64,000 nt of DNA from Felis catus (Eukaryota), in the NCBI RefSeq assembly GCF_018350175.1, contig NC_058369.1, positions 12,650,001-12,714,000 of the forward strand. Reading direction: 5' to 3'. Positions 25,504 through 39,000 of this stretch are shown in pieces; positions within the stretch are counted from its first letter, which is position 1; each line of letters opens with the position of its first letter. Below the pieces are notes generated by a model. The model was not told the origin of the DNA. It searched no databases and saw only the letters and a program-made list of their open reading frames with translations. Both the position numbers and the translations under genes were made by a program.

Positions 25504-28500
25504 CCTCCCTCTCTGTCTGCCTCTCCCCACTTGCACAAGCATGTGCACACTCTCTCAAAATAGATAGACTTTAAATAATAATAAAAAGAAAGATCTCAAA
25601 TACACAACTTAATTTCACAACTTAAAGAACTAGAAAAAGAAAAACAAACTAACCCCAAAGCTAACAGAAGGAAGGAAATAATAAAAATTAGAGCAGAGAT
25701 AAAGGAAATAGAGAACAGAAAAATAACAGAGTATCAACAAAACCATAAGCTGATTCTTTGAAAAGAGCAATGAGACTGACCAACCTTTAACTAGACAGAC
25801 TAAGGGAAAGAAAGAGAGAAGACTCAAGTTACTAAAATATGAAATGGAAGTGGGGACATTACTACCCATTCTGAGAAATCAAAAGATTATTTTAAAAAAG
25901 TACATAAAAAAGTACATAAATACCTATATGCCAAGAACTTGGATGATCCAGACGAAATGGGCAAATTATACAAATGCAAAACCAACCAAGACTAAATTAC
26001 AAAGAAATACAAAATCTGAAGAGACCCAGAACTGAACAGACCTCTAAAGAGACTGTATCAATAACCCAAAATCTGTTTACAAAGAAAAAGCCCCAGACCT
26101 GATGGCTTCACTGGTGAATTCTACTGAACACTTAGAGAAGAACCCTTGTGCACTGTTGGTGGGAATGTAAAATGGTGCAGCTACCGTGGGAAACACTATA
26201 CAGGTTCCTCAAAACGATTAAACATATGGGGCGCCTGCATGGCTCAGTCAGTTAACCATCCGACTCTCAATTCCCAGATTCAGCTCAGGTCATGATCTCC
26301 CGGTTTCATGAGTTCGAGACCCGCATCGGGCTCTGCACTGACAGGGTGGAGCCTGCTTGGGATTCTCTCTTTCTCCCTCTCTCTGTACGCCTCCCCCGTT
26401 CACGCTGTCTCTGTCTCAAACAAACAAAGAAACAAAAACCGATTAAACACAGAATCACCATACGATCCAACAATTCCATTTCTGGGTATACACCCAAAAG
26501 AACCACAGGCAGGGTCTGGAAGAGCTATTTGCACACCTGTGTTCATAGCAGGATTATTTCTAACAGCCAAAAGGTGGGGAAAAAAGCAATGTTACCTGGC
26601 CCCCCAAAACATCCAGCACCCAGAAAATAGATACATTTGACACATGTGAATGATTACAGACAGACAGCTCATGTTAGATTTAGACCCCTGGAACTTAATG
26701 CAATCATCTGGATCTGTTCTGACCAGGAGTTAAGTCTTTCCATAATGGGGACACACGCATCTGTGAAAGCAGTTTGAGGAACCCCCAGCTGTGAGCTCGG
26801 TTCTGTGATGACCACGTGCCATGGCATCTCGTGTCTAGAAGCTCCCCCCACCCCACCTGCTCAGCAGCAAGCCCACCCATGGCCCAGGGGCGTCTGACCT
26901 TTCATGCCTAACTAGTTTCCCAGGGCAGGCCCCCATCCGTCTACTACTAGTACCACTGGTGTTCTGACCCCAAGCATTGAAAGAAAAAAAACAGCCAATA
27001 GCATCTGGCAGGAATCTGGCACAGCAGGGCTTCTTCAAAAAGAACTACGAGGGGGAACAAATGTGGAAGGGAAATGTGCTGAGAAAAGCAGCCTGTTTTG
27101 TGGGCAGGAGCTTGAGTCCCCTGAGGAGTGAAGAGGGGATGGAGGGGGGTGGGGTGGAGTTCACGTTCCAGGGAACTGTAATCGTTTTAATGAGCTCGTT
27201 ATGCAAACAGAGCGGATAGAGTTACCCCAAGTGGGAGTCGTGAGAGGCACAAAGCCCCTGCATTTCATATTTCCTGAGCAGATGTCCGAAGCTGCAGCGG
27301 GATTTGGGGTTGACTTCATGGCTTTTGAGTTTTTATGTGTTAGGAAAGGATGCCCAAAGTCTTACTCAGATGTTGATGTCAGATCTGAAAGCAACCCTAC
27401 TGGGGGCAATCTGGACTTGCACGAGTGCCCTTGGGTCAGCCTGCAAACACAACGAAGAAAAGGAATCTTACTGTACCTGATGTTGAGACAATGCCAAATC
27501 CATGTTTCGGGGAAGAAGGTCCTTTTCCTCTTCTCTGCTCTATGAAATTCGAAAAAGAAATGATTCAGTTTCCATGGGCGTAATGTAATTCTGCTACCTG
27601 GCAGGTTAACATCTACACAAGTAGAATGTTAACACGTTACTTCGTACCTGGAAAGGTTAACCTTCTACCCAGTTAGGGTGCAGTGTGTTAATTCTCTTGG
27701 CTGTCCATTAACATTCTACTTGATTAGGACGGAACGTGCTAACTCTTTTACCTGGCAGGGTTAACATTCTACTCGATTAGGACTAGTAGGAGTGAAGCAT
27801 CAAAGGCTTGATAGAATCACCTTAAATCAACAGGCACTTCACATCCTGAGTTTAGAAGGGAAGAAGGGTCACAGGGACCACGCATCACAGGGAAATACCC
27901 ACGGAGACGTGTGCCAAGACAGACGAATGGACTGGTTTGTCGGAGCAACCAGCCAAAGTCTCCATCAAGAGGGTGACTGGGTTAATCAAATGGTAGTACA
28001 ATCGTGCAGTGGGATGTTACACGTCAGTCTAAAAGAGTGAGGTCAGTGCAGATATACTGATACGGATTGTTCTCTAAGGCTTATTGTTGACTTCAAAAAA
28101 GAAGGCACAGGGCCACCTGGGTGGCTCAGTCGCTTAAGTGCCCAACTTCGGCTCAGGTCATGATCTCATGGTTTGTGGGTTCGAACCCCACGTCAGGCTC
28201 TGTGCTGACGGCTCGGAGCCTGGAGCCTGCTTGGGATTCTGTCTCCCCCTCTCTCTACCCCTCCCCACTCACGTTCTATCTCTCCCTCTCTCTCAAAAAT
28301 GAATAAACATTAAAAAAAAAAGAAGGCACAGCACAGTACTATAGTATTCACTCATTGTTTAAAAAAAAAATCCTTGTATATGCATGGAAAATTTCTAGAA
28401 GGATCTCTAAGAAATTATTGACCAAAAAGGGGAATGGAGGGTCTAGAGGTAGGAGAGAAACTTACATTAAATTATACAAACTTTCACACTGCTTGAAAAA

Positions 28501-31500
28501 AATTTAAATCACTGCATATGGTTAAGAAAAATATCTTGTCTTCAGAATACAGATGTACAGATGGGTTATCCAATTACAAAAAGATATGAACACTTGCTTT
28601 TGAAGGCATTTGTTATGCCTTTGTGCAGCGGGATTTACAACTGCCTTTGTGGTTTGGGGTTTCAGAAAATTACTTTCATATCCACTCCAGGCCAAGCTCT
28701 TGGGGGTCCTGCTACATGAGAGTGTCAGGACCCCCAAGGCACTATCTGGTGGGTGGAGGCCCAGAGGCCAGTGTTACACCTCCCTCAGCAACCACATCCT
28801 AGAATACTGCCGTGTACCATATGGGGAGCCTGGTTTGCCCATGCTGTGGTTTGGAGTTTGGAAACACCTCCTGGGCCTGCCACACTCCTGCTAAGTGTGC
28901 GGCCCAGGCAGAAAGAACCCAGGAGAACAAGGTATCCAGGACCTCAGTCTAGGTAGAGAACGTGTGAAAGATGGAGAGGGCTTTTGGGGACAGGCTTGCC
29001 AGGGCTGGAGGTCTTCTCGGCCACTTCTGGCTTAGAACAAGGGCTGAGGCGTGTGGGGCCCACCCTCAGGGTCTCCAGAGACACAAGATGCTAAGCCACT
29101 ACTGATCACACTGATGCCAGCCCCAGCCCTTTGGTTCTGTGCCCTTCTTGGAGTGGGTGGGATAGAGTAGAGCTAAGGCCTGCCTCCCTGGTCCCAGCCC
29201 CTAAATCCAGACAGAATGGGAGCCAAGGTCTCCAGAACACTTCCCCTTCCCCAGCTGGCTGGTTGAGACCTGGGCTTGAGGAGGTAGTAAGAGAGGCATC
29301 AAAGGCGGTGGGAGAGAAAAGAGGGGAGACAGGAAAGGATAGGAGAGAGGAGAAAACAACACCTCCTGTGAAACTAAAGTTTCCATGACTCTAGAGACAA
29401 AACCCCAAATCCAAGGGAGAAATGGGAACTCTTCTCTGCATCACTCATTGATAAGCCAGCAAACAGACAAACAAGAAGTGAGCAAGAGTATGGAGAATGT
29501 AGGCATCACCATCGACAGGCCTGACCTAAAGTATCCATAGAGAGCCCTGTACAGAATTGATGGGGGCTTAGATCTTCTTTTCAAGAAGACATGCACATTT
29601 ACAAAAGTTGGCCACATAAAAAGTCTTCAAAGTAAGAACAGGACAACAGCTAACACACAGACCATGTTCACTGGCCACAATGCATGTTTGCTACAAATTT
29701 ATGAAAAACATTAAAAAATATTAATTAAAAAATATCACTTGAAATTTTAAAAAGTGTCCACTTCTGCACAAGTCACAGCTCAAAAAGTTAGAACCTATTT
29801 GGAAAGAAGCAATAATGGAAACACTTCACAACACAACTCAGGTGCTGCCAAAGCAGCACTCTTAGGGAAATTCATGCCTTTCAAAAGGCTTAAATGTGCA
29901 GAGTTCAAATAAGAGACTGAGAAGTATTACTTGATGTCCAACTTGAAAAGGCAGAGAATTGAAGGTGAAAAGGGAGGAGAGAGGAAAATAACGAAGAAGA
30001 GAGAGATACTAGAAAGAAGTTTCTAAGCAAAGTCCCTGGGAGAGGGAGGATCAAGCCCCACCTTCCCTCCCCACCCCAACCCTTCTGTTCCAGGCAGTTC
30101 TGCTCCTGAGGTGCCTTCCTTTCTCTGCACCCCCAATCCCATGCACTCGGGTGTGGTCAGGAACTGGGGAGGGGGGCTGGCATGCTTGGTTCCCGGGGTC
30201 ACTACTAGGTCAGTAGTGACTTTGTCCACCAGGGGACACTGGGACATTTTTGGTTGTAACAACTGGGAGAAAGGGGTGCTATTGGCAACAGGTGGGTGGA
30301 GGCCAGAGATGTTGCACAACACCCAGCCGTGCATGGACAGCCCCACCACAGAGAATGATCCAGCCCCTAAAGACCACAGTATGAGGTGAGACAACCCTAC
30401 TCGACGTGGCAATTACCTGGGGGGTTGTCTGGAGGACCCTGCTGCCACCAGGCTCCCCGTGTGGGGCTGGAAGGCAGGGACAGCCTCATCGGTGTATAGG
30501 CCGCCATTTTGTCGGTGGTTCAGGCTCACCAGGTCGGTCATCACCACCAGTCCCGTTTCCTAGGCAACAGACAGTGCCGTGGATGGGATGGCCCCAGCAG
30601 TTCCATCACTGTGGGGTTACCAGCCCAACATCCTCTGCTCTGGGCTTGGGTGCAGAGCTTGGGTGCTCTGCTCTGGGTGACACAGGCTGAGGAGATCATG
30701 GGGCCCAGTGACCATGCAAGATAGAGCAGAGGGGAGGCCAGCATATCTGTGGCTCAGGCACAAAAAGCCACATGTATGACTCCACGGATATGAAACATCC
30801 AGAACAGGTAAATCCATAGGGACAGAAAGTAGATTAGCAGTTGCCAGGGGTTGGGGGAGGGGGCACAGGGAGCCACTACTCATGGGGATGCGGTTTCCTT
30901 TTGAAGGGATGAGAGCATTCTAGAATTAAGACACAGGTGCTGGTGGCACAACACCGTGAGTGCCCTAAATGCCGCTGAATTGTGCATTTTAGAATGGTTC
31001 GTTTTCTGTTTGTTCTGTTCATCGTGAATTTCACAATTAAAAAAAAAAAATCAGTTGGCAAAGTGCCTGATCTACATCAGAGACAGACGGAGATCTGCAA
31101 TTGTTACTGTTATGATCTCGACCACTGCGCTAAATACCAGAAGCAACTAGACTGCAGGAAAGCCCTACCCCAGACTGACCAGCTCTGCTTTGGGAATAAG
31201 GAGTATAAAGTCAGTGACTCAGACTCAGAAGCACCCCCCACCCCCGGCCCCTTAATTCCAAGAGCGGCCAGGGCCCAGCAGTTCAAACTGCCAGGCGTTC
31301 AACAAATGTGTAATTGAAACATCGTTTGTTCCAGTACAGACATAGATGTGCATACAAATATATAGACAGATGTAGGCGTGCACTATTGTTTAGCTAATAG
31401 AGCAACGTGTTAATTGTGGGATCTACAGGCGGTGAGTATATAGGCATTTGTTCCTTTGTTCAACTTTTCTGTAGGTCTGAAAATTTCCCATAAAAAAAAA

Positions 31501-34500
31501 AAAAACAAGAGGAAAAGGATGCGTTTTTAATGATTTTTATAATGGGAGGGGGGGAAGAGCAGCCACAGATGGGCCGTGCATTCGAGTGGAGACCGCCAGC
31601 ATGCTCATGGGGGCTGGCGGTATGATCTAGAATGATACTTGTGTCTCCTGCACCCCCGGTAGCCCCCGGCGTCCGCAGCCCGGAAGGAGGGGGACGATGT
31701 GAGCCCCTTGAGAGCACGGCCGCCTGCTCCCAGCGTGATGGTTTTCCTCCCAGCAAAGCACCCTTACCACCTCTGCTCCATAGCAAGTCCCAGTTATTGG
31801 CTGACACCCATAGCATTCCGCTCTGGTTGGCCTCGCAAATCAGGAGGGTCCGCTTATGAGCCTCCATTGGGGAGAATCAAACTAGTTCTGCCCCAATAAA
31901 AGTTTGGAAACCTCCACCCTGACCATCTCCGTATCTCGGAGTTCATTTGTTTCCAAGCGAGAGGAGCCTGGAAGGGGCGGTGGGTCTAAGACCGTCTGTG
32001 CTTACGGCGAAGGCAGATCCGGAGTCCTTGGTGACGCCCCAGGGCCACGGGAAGATGGACGAACGCCTGCGTCGGGCTGCCAGTCCAGCCCACCAGAAGG
32101 ACCCATCCTCCCGGGACACCCCGAAGGCATCAGAAACATCATACTCTTCCAATTCCCGGAAAACCTACAGGCAGAGAACACAGAGCAGTCAGCCGGAGGT
32201 TTCCTTTCCACCCAAACTGGCTCTCAGGGGTCTGGCTGCTCCTTCCGTGAATACCACTTCGAGACAATCTCAGGAGATGGGCGTTGGTGGCATTAGCCCA
32301 TTCTAAAGATGGGCAGACTGGGGCTGGAAAGGTAGGACCTGTGGACAACGTTCTATTGCAAGAGTCTGATGAATTCGACTCTACGATCTTTCACTACGGC
32401 AATAAAGATTGGGTTCGATGGTGAGAGAAAGAATCTGGTTCACATGGGGGCTCTTCACTGACTGGAAAGGGAGAGACCCTCGTGGGGGTGCTGGAGCCTG
32501 GCACCAGAGGGCCCCACTCACCTGGGCCGGAGTCAGCTGAAACCCAGACCTGAGCAGGTAGACGCTCTTATCCACCGCAGTGACACACACACAGCTGCCC
32601 CTTGCAGCCCTGACCCGCAGGTCAACAACCTCCCCAGGCTGGGTCTCATTTGCTGAGTACGTCACTGAAACCTGGATCCGAACACAGCAGAGAGACCAGG
32701 AGCTCGGCCAGACTCTCCTGACTCACCCACCCACCCTCTCCGCCTGCCAAGGAGAACCGGTCTTGGCCAGCTCAGTTGGGACCCTGGCCTTGCTGCCCAG
32801 GTGAGGACAAGGGCGGGAGGCAGAATGAAAGGAACAAGGCTGGTACAACTGGAACATTCTGCGCAGAGGAGGGGAGGGGAGAGATGGGGAGACAGGCACG
32901 GACCGAGGGCACGCGGCAGCCAGCTTCAAAGGATGCAGGGAGAGGGGGCAGAAGGCTGAGCCCACTGCGGGGGACATGAGTGGTGTCCCTTAGATCTGGA
33001 ACGCAGTGGGGACAGCTGACTGCTTTCCCTGCGTGCGATCGGTGGTGACTTCTGGAGGCGCTCCAGTAAAGAAGCAACCTTGGCTGCAATTATTCCTGAA
33101 GGGTCCTGCCCGGGATACCATTTGGGAGCCCGAGCGGCAGCTGTGCACGGCCCGGCGCGGACACCCTGGAGCCCCCAGCCCTCGGTGGCGCTTGCCTGTC
33201 CCCACTCCCCTGATTGGCCCCCCACGTTCTACCTGGTTCTCAAAGAAGCTCTCCACAGCAAACTGGAGGCTGTCGGCGACGCCTTCTCCGTTCTCCCTGA
33301 CGTAGAAGACCAGCAGGCGGCCAAGGGGGGCCATGCTGGGGGTCACGGCCAGCCGGAGAGAAGTCACACACACGTTGACCTCAGCTGCTGGGGCTGGAGG
33401 GGGCTCTAAGACAAGGCAAAGGTGGGGATAGGCGTGAGGACCCAGCACCCCACGACGGGGCCACCAATGCCCCAGGTTGCCCTGGGGATGACCTGGGGTG
33501 CAGCGTGGAGGTGCTGGCCCAGGGCAAGCGCTCCGTGGACACTCGCACGACCTAGAAGGGAAGGGAAGGCCCAAAAGGATGTGGGTGTGTGATTCCCAGA
33601 GCACCATTCAGGCCAGCAGTTCTCAACTAGGACCGTGCTGCCCCCCAGGGGGCAGTTTTGGCTGTCCCGACTTGGGAGTGCCTGGGGCATCTAGCGGGGT
33701 GGGGCCTTAGCGGGGTGGGGCGCCGGGGAGGCTGCTCAGCCCCCTGCAGTGCACAGGACAGCGCCACCAATGGGAGAATGATCTGGCCCCAAACATCAGT
33801 AGGGCCAAGGGTGAGAAACTCTGCCTTCTCATGAGAGAGACCTTGTCTTCCTGTGTATCTATCTATGCACCTGTATCTCTGTCTATGAACTATGAATTAA
33901 TCTATGAATCTGAGTGTAAATCTAAGTATTTAGGGATCTATCTGTGGATCTATGTATCCATAAATCCATCTATCTATCTATTGATCTATCATCTATCTCT
34001 ATCATCTACCTATCTTCCTATCTAATCTATCTATCTTCCTATGTATCTATCTGATTCTCACCTACAGATGACTTCCCCTCAGGGACACTGCCAATGTCTG
34101 GAGACTTCTTAGGTCATCGTACTGCCTGTGGATAGGTTGCTACTGGCACCGAATGGGTGGAGGCCGGGGATACGGCTCCATACCCCACTGCACACAGGAC
34201 GGCCCCACCACAAATCGTCTGCCTTCAAGTGCCCCCAAGGTCCGGTTTGGGGATCCTGCTTCAGGCAGAAGGGCTGTGAAGGGAATGGGGCTGGGGAAGA
34301 CCTAGGGGAGGTGACGGATATTTTAGTGAGCACGTAGAGTCAAGGAGAGGAGGAGGGCTCCTAGGTGCGGCGGGGAGCCGGTGGAGGGGGGGGGCGACCT
34401 GGGCAGAGTCGGAGCAGCCACCGGCAGATGGCAACACAGTCCAGTGCGGGCCACCGCAGGGGTCTAGCCTGTGGCTCGCCTCCCCCAGTCCCCTGCAGAC

Positions 34501-35977
34501 AGGCGGTGAGGACACCCTCGAGAGGACGTCTCCACCCGCCCTGCGGCTGACCCCTGCCCATCCTCCTGGCCCGAGCCCCATCTCGCCTGGGACACACGCC
34601 CTCCGCCCTGAAGCAGGCACCTCTCCAGGCTGCGTCCTGCTCCCCCTTCCTGTCTGTCCCACCCCAGTGTCAGTGGGAACAGGGAACCCCAGCCTAATGG
34701 CCTGGCTCACCCGTCTCAAGAAGGTGCATTAAGCGAATCGGTTTCTCCGGGGCCGCCCGCCGGCTTCTCCGCTGGGTGAGGTGGGCGGGCTGCCGGCCCG
34801 AGAGCACGATGTTGCCCCGCGCGGCCACCTCGTAGTACAGGGTGAAGCTGCAAGGGCACGTGGACTTCACCGGGAAAAGCGCTTCCTCTCCGACCTGTGG
34901 GAGACACGCAGCACGGGGGGCCCTGCCTGGCACCCACGGCCCGGCACCCACGCCAGGCAGATGGCTGCTCTGGGGCCACAGGGAGGCTGGGATGGCTGCG
35001 GCAGGAGTGCTGGCCTCCCAGCAGAGAGCCGGGCATCCTGGCGCCGGCCGTGTGCCCTGGTCGGCAGAGCAACTGTGCTAACGGCGTGGAGACTCTCGAC
35101 GAGCTGACGGTGCAGGAACATGGCCCATGAGAGGTGTGGCCTTTGCCCCCCAGCTCCTGAGAGGCGATCTCCAAGCCTTTGAACTGTCCTGCCTGCCTGT
35201 CTGTTTACCTGAGGTCTCAGGCCACACCAGATACTGACAATATGATTCATGGGGGGCCAGGGGAGGGGTACAGGTCACACTCTGTCACTTTGACCTCTGG
35301 AGGGGCTGGGACTGAGGTCAGATATGCAGGTGGTCGGCCAGGTCTGGGTGACTGACCCCCGGTAAAAACCCCAGACGCTCATCATTCCTGGTCATACGTC
35401 TGATAAGGGTCTAGTGTCCGGGACGTATAAAGAACTCTCACAACTCAGCAATGTACAGACGACTTTCTAAAACTTAAAAACAGCAGGGGAAGCCGGATGA
35501 AGGATATACAGGATCTCTCTGCACCGTCTGAGCAACTCTTCTGTAAATCTAAAGTTATTCCAAAATTTGAAATTAGGAGCACCGGGGTGGCTCAGTCGGT
35601 TAAGCGCTCGACGCACCTTCAGTGCGGGTTATGATCTCAGGGTTCGTGCGTTCAAGCCCTGTGTTGGGCCCTGCGCTGACAGCACGGAGCCTGCTTGGGA
35701 TCCTCTCTCTCTCCCTCTCTCTCTGCCCCTTCCCCACTTGCACTCCCTCTCTCTCTCCCTCTCAAAATAAAGAAACTTTAAAATAAAATAAAATAAAATA
35801 AAGTATGAGGGGCGCCTGGGTGGCTCAGTCAGTTAATGGTCCAACTTTAGCTCAGGTCGTGATCTCGAAGTTTGTGAGTTGGAACGCCGCACCAGGCTCT
35901 GTACTGACAGCCCAGAGCCTGAAGCCTTCTCTGGATTCTGTGTCACCCTCTCTCTCTGCCCTTCCCCTGCTCCTGCA

Positions 35978-36015
<38 letters not shown>

Positions 36016-39000
36016 ATACGTAAATAAATAAACTTAAAATAAAATAAGTAGTATGATAACAGATTACAACATATTGAAAGACTCTTTAAAAGTCCTCAAG
36101 TCCAGGGGCGCCTGGGTGGCTCAGTCGGTTAAGTGTCCGACTTCGGCTCAGGTCATGATCTCGCGGTTTGTGAGTTCGAGCCCCGCGTCGGGCTCTGTGC
36201 TGACAGCTCAGAGCCTGGAGCCTGTTTCGGATTCTGTGTCTCCCTCTCTCTCTGACCCTCCCCCGTTCATGCTCTGTCTCTCTCTGTCTCAAAAATAAAA
36301 TAAACATTTAAAAAAAAATTAAAAAAAAAATAAATAAATAAAGTCCTCAAGTCCATAACATACTCAAAACAATACAGCAACAAAAATAATGGTAGGGAAA
36401 AGAGACAGAAAGTTCTTTCTTCTTTTTCTTTTTCTTTTTTTTTTTTTTTTGAAAGTTCTTTCCTTTTACAGAGGAACACCAACTCATAAACGTAGAAGGA
36501 ATGACAGGACTCAGACCTGCCATCACATAGCCCCTACTGTGATAACTGACGACAGCAAGAATTGTCAGTGAGGCTAAAAGCACCGGGTGAAAGGTCGGTG
36601 GGGGTCAGGACACTGTGGCCGGGAGGGGCCTCAGGTTGGCACCACAGATTACTCAGTAGCCTCACCCACCGGGGAGAGAGCTGGTAGAAATCACACACCA
36701 ACCAAGGATAAGGTCAGCTCCAGCAACAGTGGGGTCTCCTAAATCTGCACCTCTTGACAGGCTGCTGTGAGGACAGCACACACACAGTAATTCTGCCCGA
36801 TTCTAATTCAGGATGTGGGAGCATCTCCAAGACCACACAGGCCCGAATTCTTCACAAAAGTCACGGGGATGAAAAGGCAGAGGTAGGGGCTGTTCCAGAT
36901 CAAGAGCAGATATGGACACAGAAGAGCCAAACGCAACATGGGTGGCCATGGATCCCGAATGAAATGCGCACGTGCCCACGTGTGCACGCGCGCTCACATA
37001 TACACGTGCATGCACATAGCCGCACATTACTTGCACACGTGTGCACAAGACTGTGGGCGTTCACGCGCAAGATAGAAGTCACATCCTGGGGACATCTTTG
37101 AAAATCTGAATGCTGCCCGTGAATCAAAAAAAATATGTTGAGTTAATGTAATTTTCTTGGACGTGACAATAGCTTTGAGGTCATGTTGAAGAATGTCCTG
37201 ATTTTTAGGACGTATTATGCTCAAGTATTTTAAGAGTGAAGCATCAGGATGTCTGTAACTCATTTTCAAATGTTGTAGCCAAAACAAAAGGGCTAAAGAA
37301 ATAGATGAGTTGATGGGGTGCCTGGGTGGCTCAGTCAGTTAAGCATCCGACTTCGGCTCAGGTCATGATCTCACAGTTTGTGAGTTCAAGCCCCACGCCA
37401 GGCTCTGTGTGGACAGCTCAGAACCTGGAGCCCGCTTCATATTCTGTGTCTCCCTTTCTCTCTGCCCCTCCCCTGTGTGCTCTGTCTCTCTCTCTCTTTC
37501 CAAAATAAATATTTAAAAAATTGTTTTAATTAAAAAAAATAGATGGACAGATGGGTGGACAGGTGCGTGGATGGGTGAGTGGGTGGATGGATGGGCAGAG
37601 GGCTGCACAGGTGGACAAGTGGGCAGGTAAGTAGGAGGACAGATGGACAGAAGCAAAATGTGAATTCATAAATCCAGGTGAAAGGCATAGGATTATACTT
37701 TTACGATTTCTAAGTTTGTAAATAGTCACCTTATAAAAAGGCACTGAAACAAAAGTCCCCTCTGATTCAGATGTTAGGGGGCAGAAAAACGCATAGCCTT
37801 CCTCTTCTCATGCACTAACCCCACGGCAACCCTAAAAGATAGGGTGGTCAAACCCATTCACAGAGCAGCAATCCCCCCCCCCCCCCCCCCCCCGCCCTGC
37901 CTGGGCCTTCAAGCTGGAGGAAGGGGAAAGGGCCCTGACACAGAGCCCAGACTGGACCAAGCACGGCCACTTTTGCCTCAACGCCCTGAGGTTGCGCCCA
38001 GGGCCCCGGCGATGACAGTCGCGGGGGGGGGGGGGGGGGGGGGGGGGGGGAGGGGCTGGAGCCAGCTGACCCGACTCTGGCAGGATGGAGATGTCCCTCC
38101 AAGAGGAAAGTCTGAGTGGCCCAGCCAGGTCCTTGCCTAACGGGAACAGACGATCTCATCTGAGTCTCTTATTCTCAAAACTCCCGCAGTGGGCCACGAA
38201 GCCCCCAAAAGGGGCCGCTCCGGCACCAGGATTCCTCTAAGCTGCATCCCAGGCACCCCCCACCCCCTGCCCTCCCCTGGCGGCCTTGGGCCTGAGCAGC
38301 GGCTGGTTTACGGGCCAGTAAGGCCTGGGAGCAATGCCGGGGAGTGGCTCACTCTGCAGCAGCCAGGCTCTGCCTGGGGCCTCTTGGTTAACGGAGTTAA
38401 CAGGGTGCTTTACGCTATGTATACAAATGTGTATCTTATTTAATAGATGAGGGATAAGCAAACTACAGCTCATCCATTCCGTGCAAGACACTGTCAAGTG
38501 AAAGAAGCCGATGTAAAAAGACTACACGCTGTATGGGGTGCCTGGATGGCTCGGTGGATGGGGCATCCGACTTTGGCTCAGGTCCTGATTTCACGGGCTC
38601 GTGGCTTCGAGCCCTACATCCGGCTCTGTGCTGACAGCTCAGAGCCTGGAGCCTGCTTCCGATGCTGTGTCTCCCTCTCTCTCTCTCTGCCCCCTCCCCC
38701 ACCCCTGCTCACGCTCTGTCTCTCTCTCTCTCCTTCAAACAGAAATAAACACTAAAAAAAGAAGGCCACACGTTGTACGATTCCAGCTACCACAGTCTCC
38801 CCTGCAGTTACCGCTGTCAATAGCGTTCTGGAAATGGGTGATCCTCCTTTTTTTTTTTTTTTTAATGTTTATTATTTATTTTTGAGAGAGATAGAGAGAG
38901 ACAGAGTGTAAGCAGGAGAGGGGCAGAGAGAAAGGGAGACACAGAATCCGAAGCAGGCTTCAGGCTCTGAGCCGTCAGCACAAAGCCCAATGCGGGGCTC

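Noticed and set aside
27748..27760. U1 snRNA gene/pseudogene (TTACCTGGCAGGG matches the U1 5' end)
   Set aside because: Only 13 nt match and it is part of the local tandem repeat; no further U1 sequence follows
36053..36298. Recurring small ORFs of the type [17 protein letters not shown] as a gene family
   Set aside because: They are translations of Can-SINE copies
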